A stretch of 64,000 nt of DNA from Podarcis erhardii (Eukaryota): assembly GCA_964252035.1 (NCBI GenBank), contig OZ176216.1. The stretch is one strand, 5' to 3'. This document shows positions 63,898 to 64,000 of the stretch, piece after piece (the stretch's first letter is position 1; each line of letters opens with the position of its first letter). Under the pieces are notes generated by a model. That model did not search any database. It was not told the DNA's origin and saw nothing but the letters and a program-made list of their open reading frames with translations. The position numbers were made by a program, and so were the translations under genes.

Positions 63898-64000
63898 CAA
63901 TGGTACCTTGGATTATGAACTTAATTCGTTCCAGAGGTCCATTCTTAACCTGAGGTGCGCTTTCGCTAATGGTGCCTCCCACTGCCGCCGCGTGATTTCC
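63898..64000. mobile_element. Tc1/mariner MITE (10202 family, opposite orientation), cut by the window end
   Basis: ta|caatggtaccttggattatgaacttaattcgttccagaggtccattcttaacctga...ctaatgg...cctcccactgc is the reverse complement of the 3' half of the 10202 copy. Confidence 0.88.

Overview
Vertebrate genomic DNA from a squamate reptile. Sauria SINEs, CR1/L2 tails and TA-flanked MITEs point to a lizard, probably a lacertid (inference). The whole window lies inside CUX1 on the + strand. The only securely identifiable coding sequence is the 111-nt exon at 32547-32657 ([37 protein letters not shown]), shared by the CUX1 homeodomain and CASP isoforms. I did not find the known first exons or the next exon (DLRKQVAP...), so the rest is about 32.5 kb of upstream intron and at least 31 kb of downstream intron. 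These introns hold three Sauria SINEs with target-site duplications, seven Tc1/mariner-type MITEs, hAT-type elements, CR1/L2/RTE fragments, microsatellites, several motif-dense unique blocks that look like conserved enhancers, and a 212-N assembly gap. The best leads are splice-signal-bounded candidate exons. One is a two-exon chain at 21558-21668 and 21879-22273 that reads open and in phase into the CUX1 exon. The other is a 53-nt frame-shifting (poison-type) cassette at 50082-50134. Both are unverified predictions. No prokaryote-type system (CRISPR, operon) is present.
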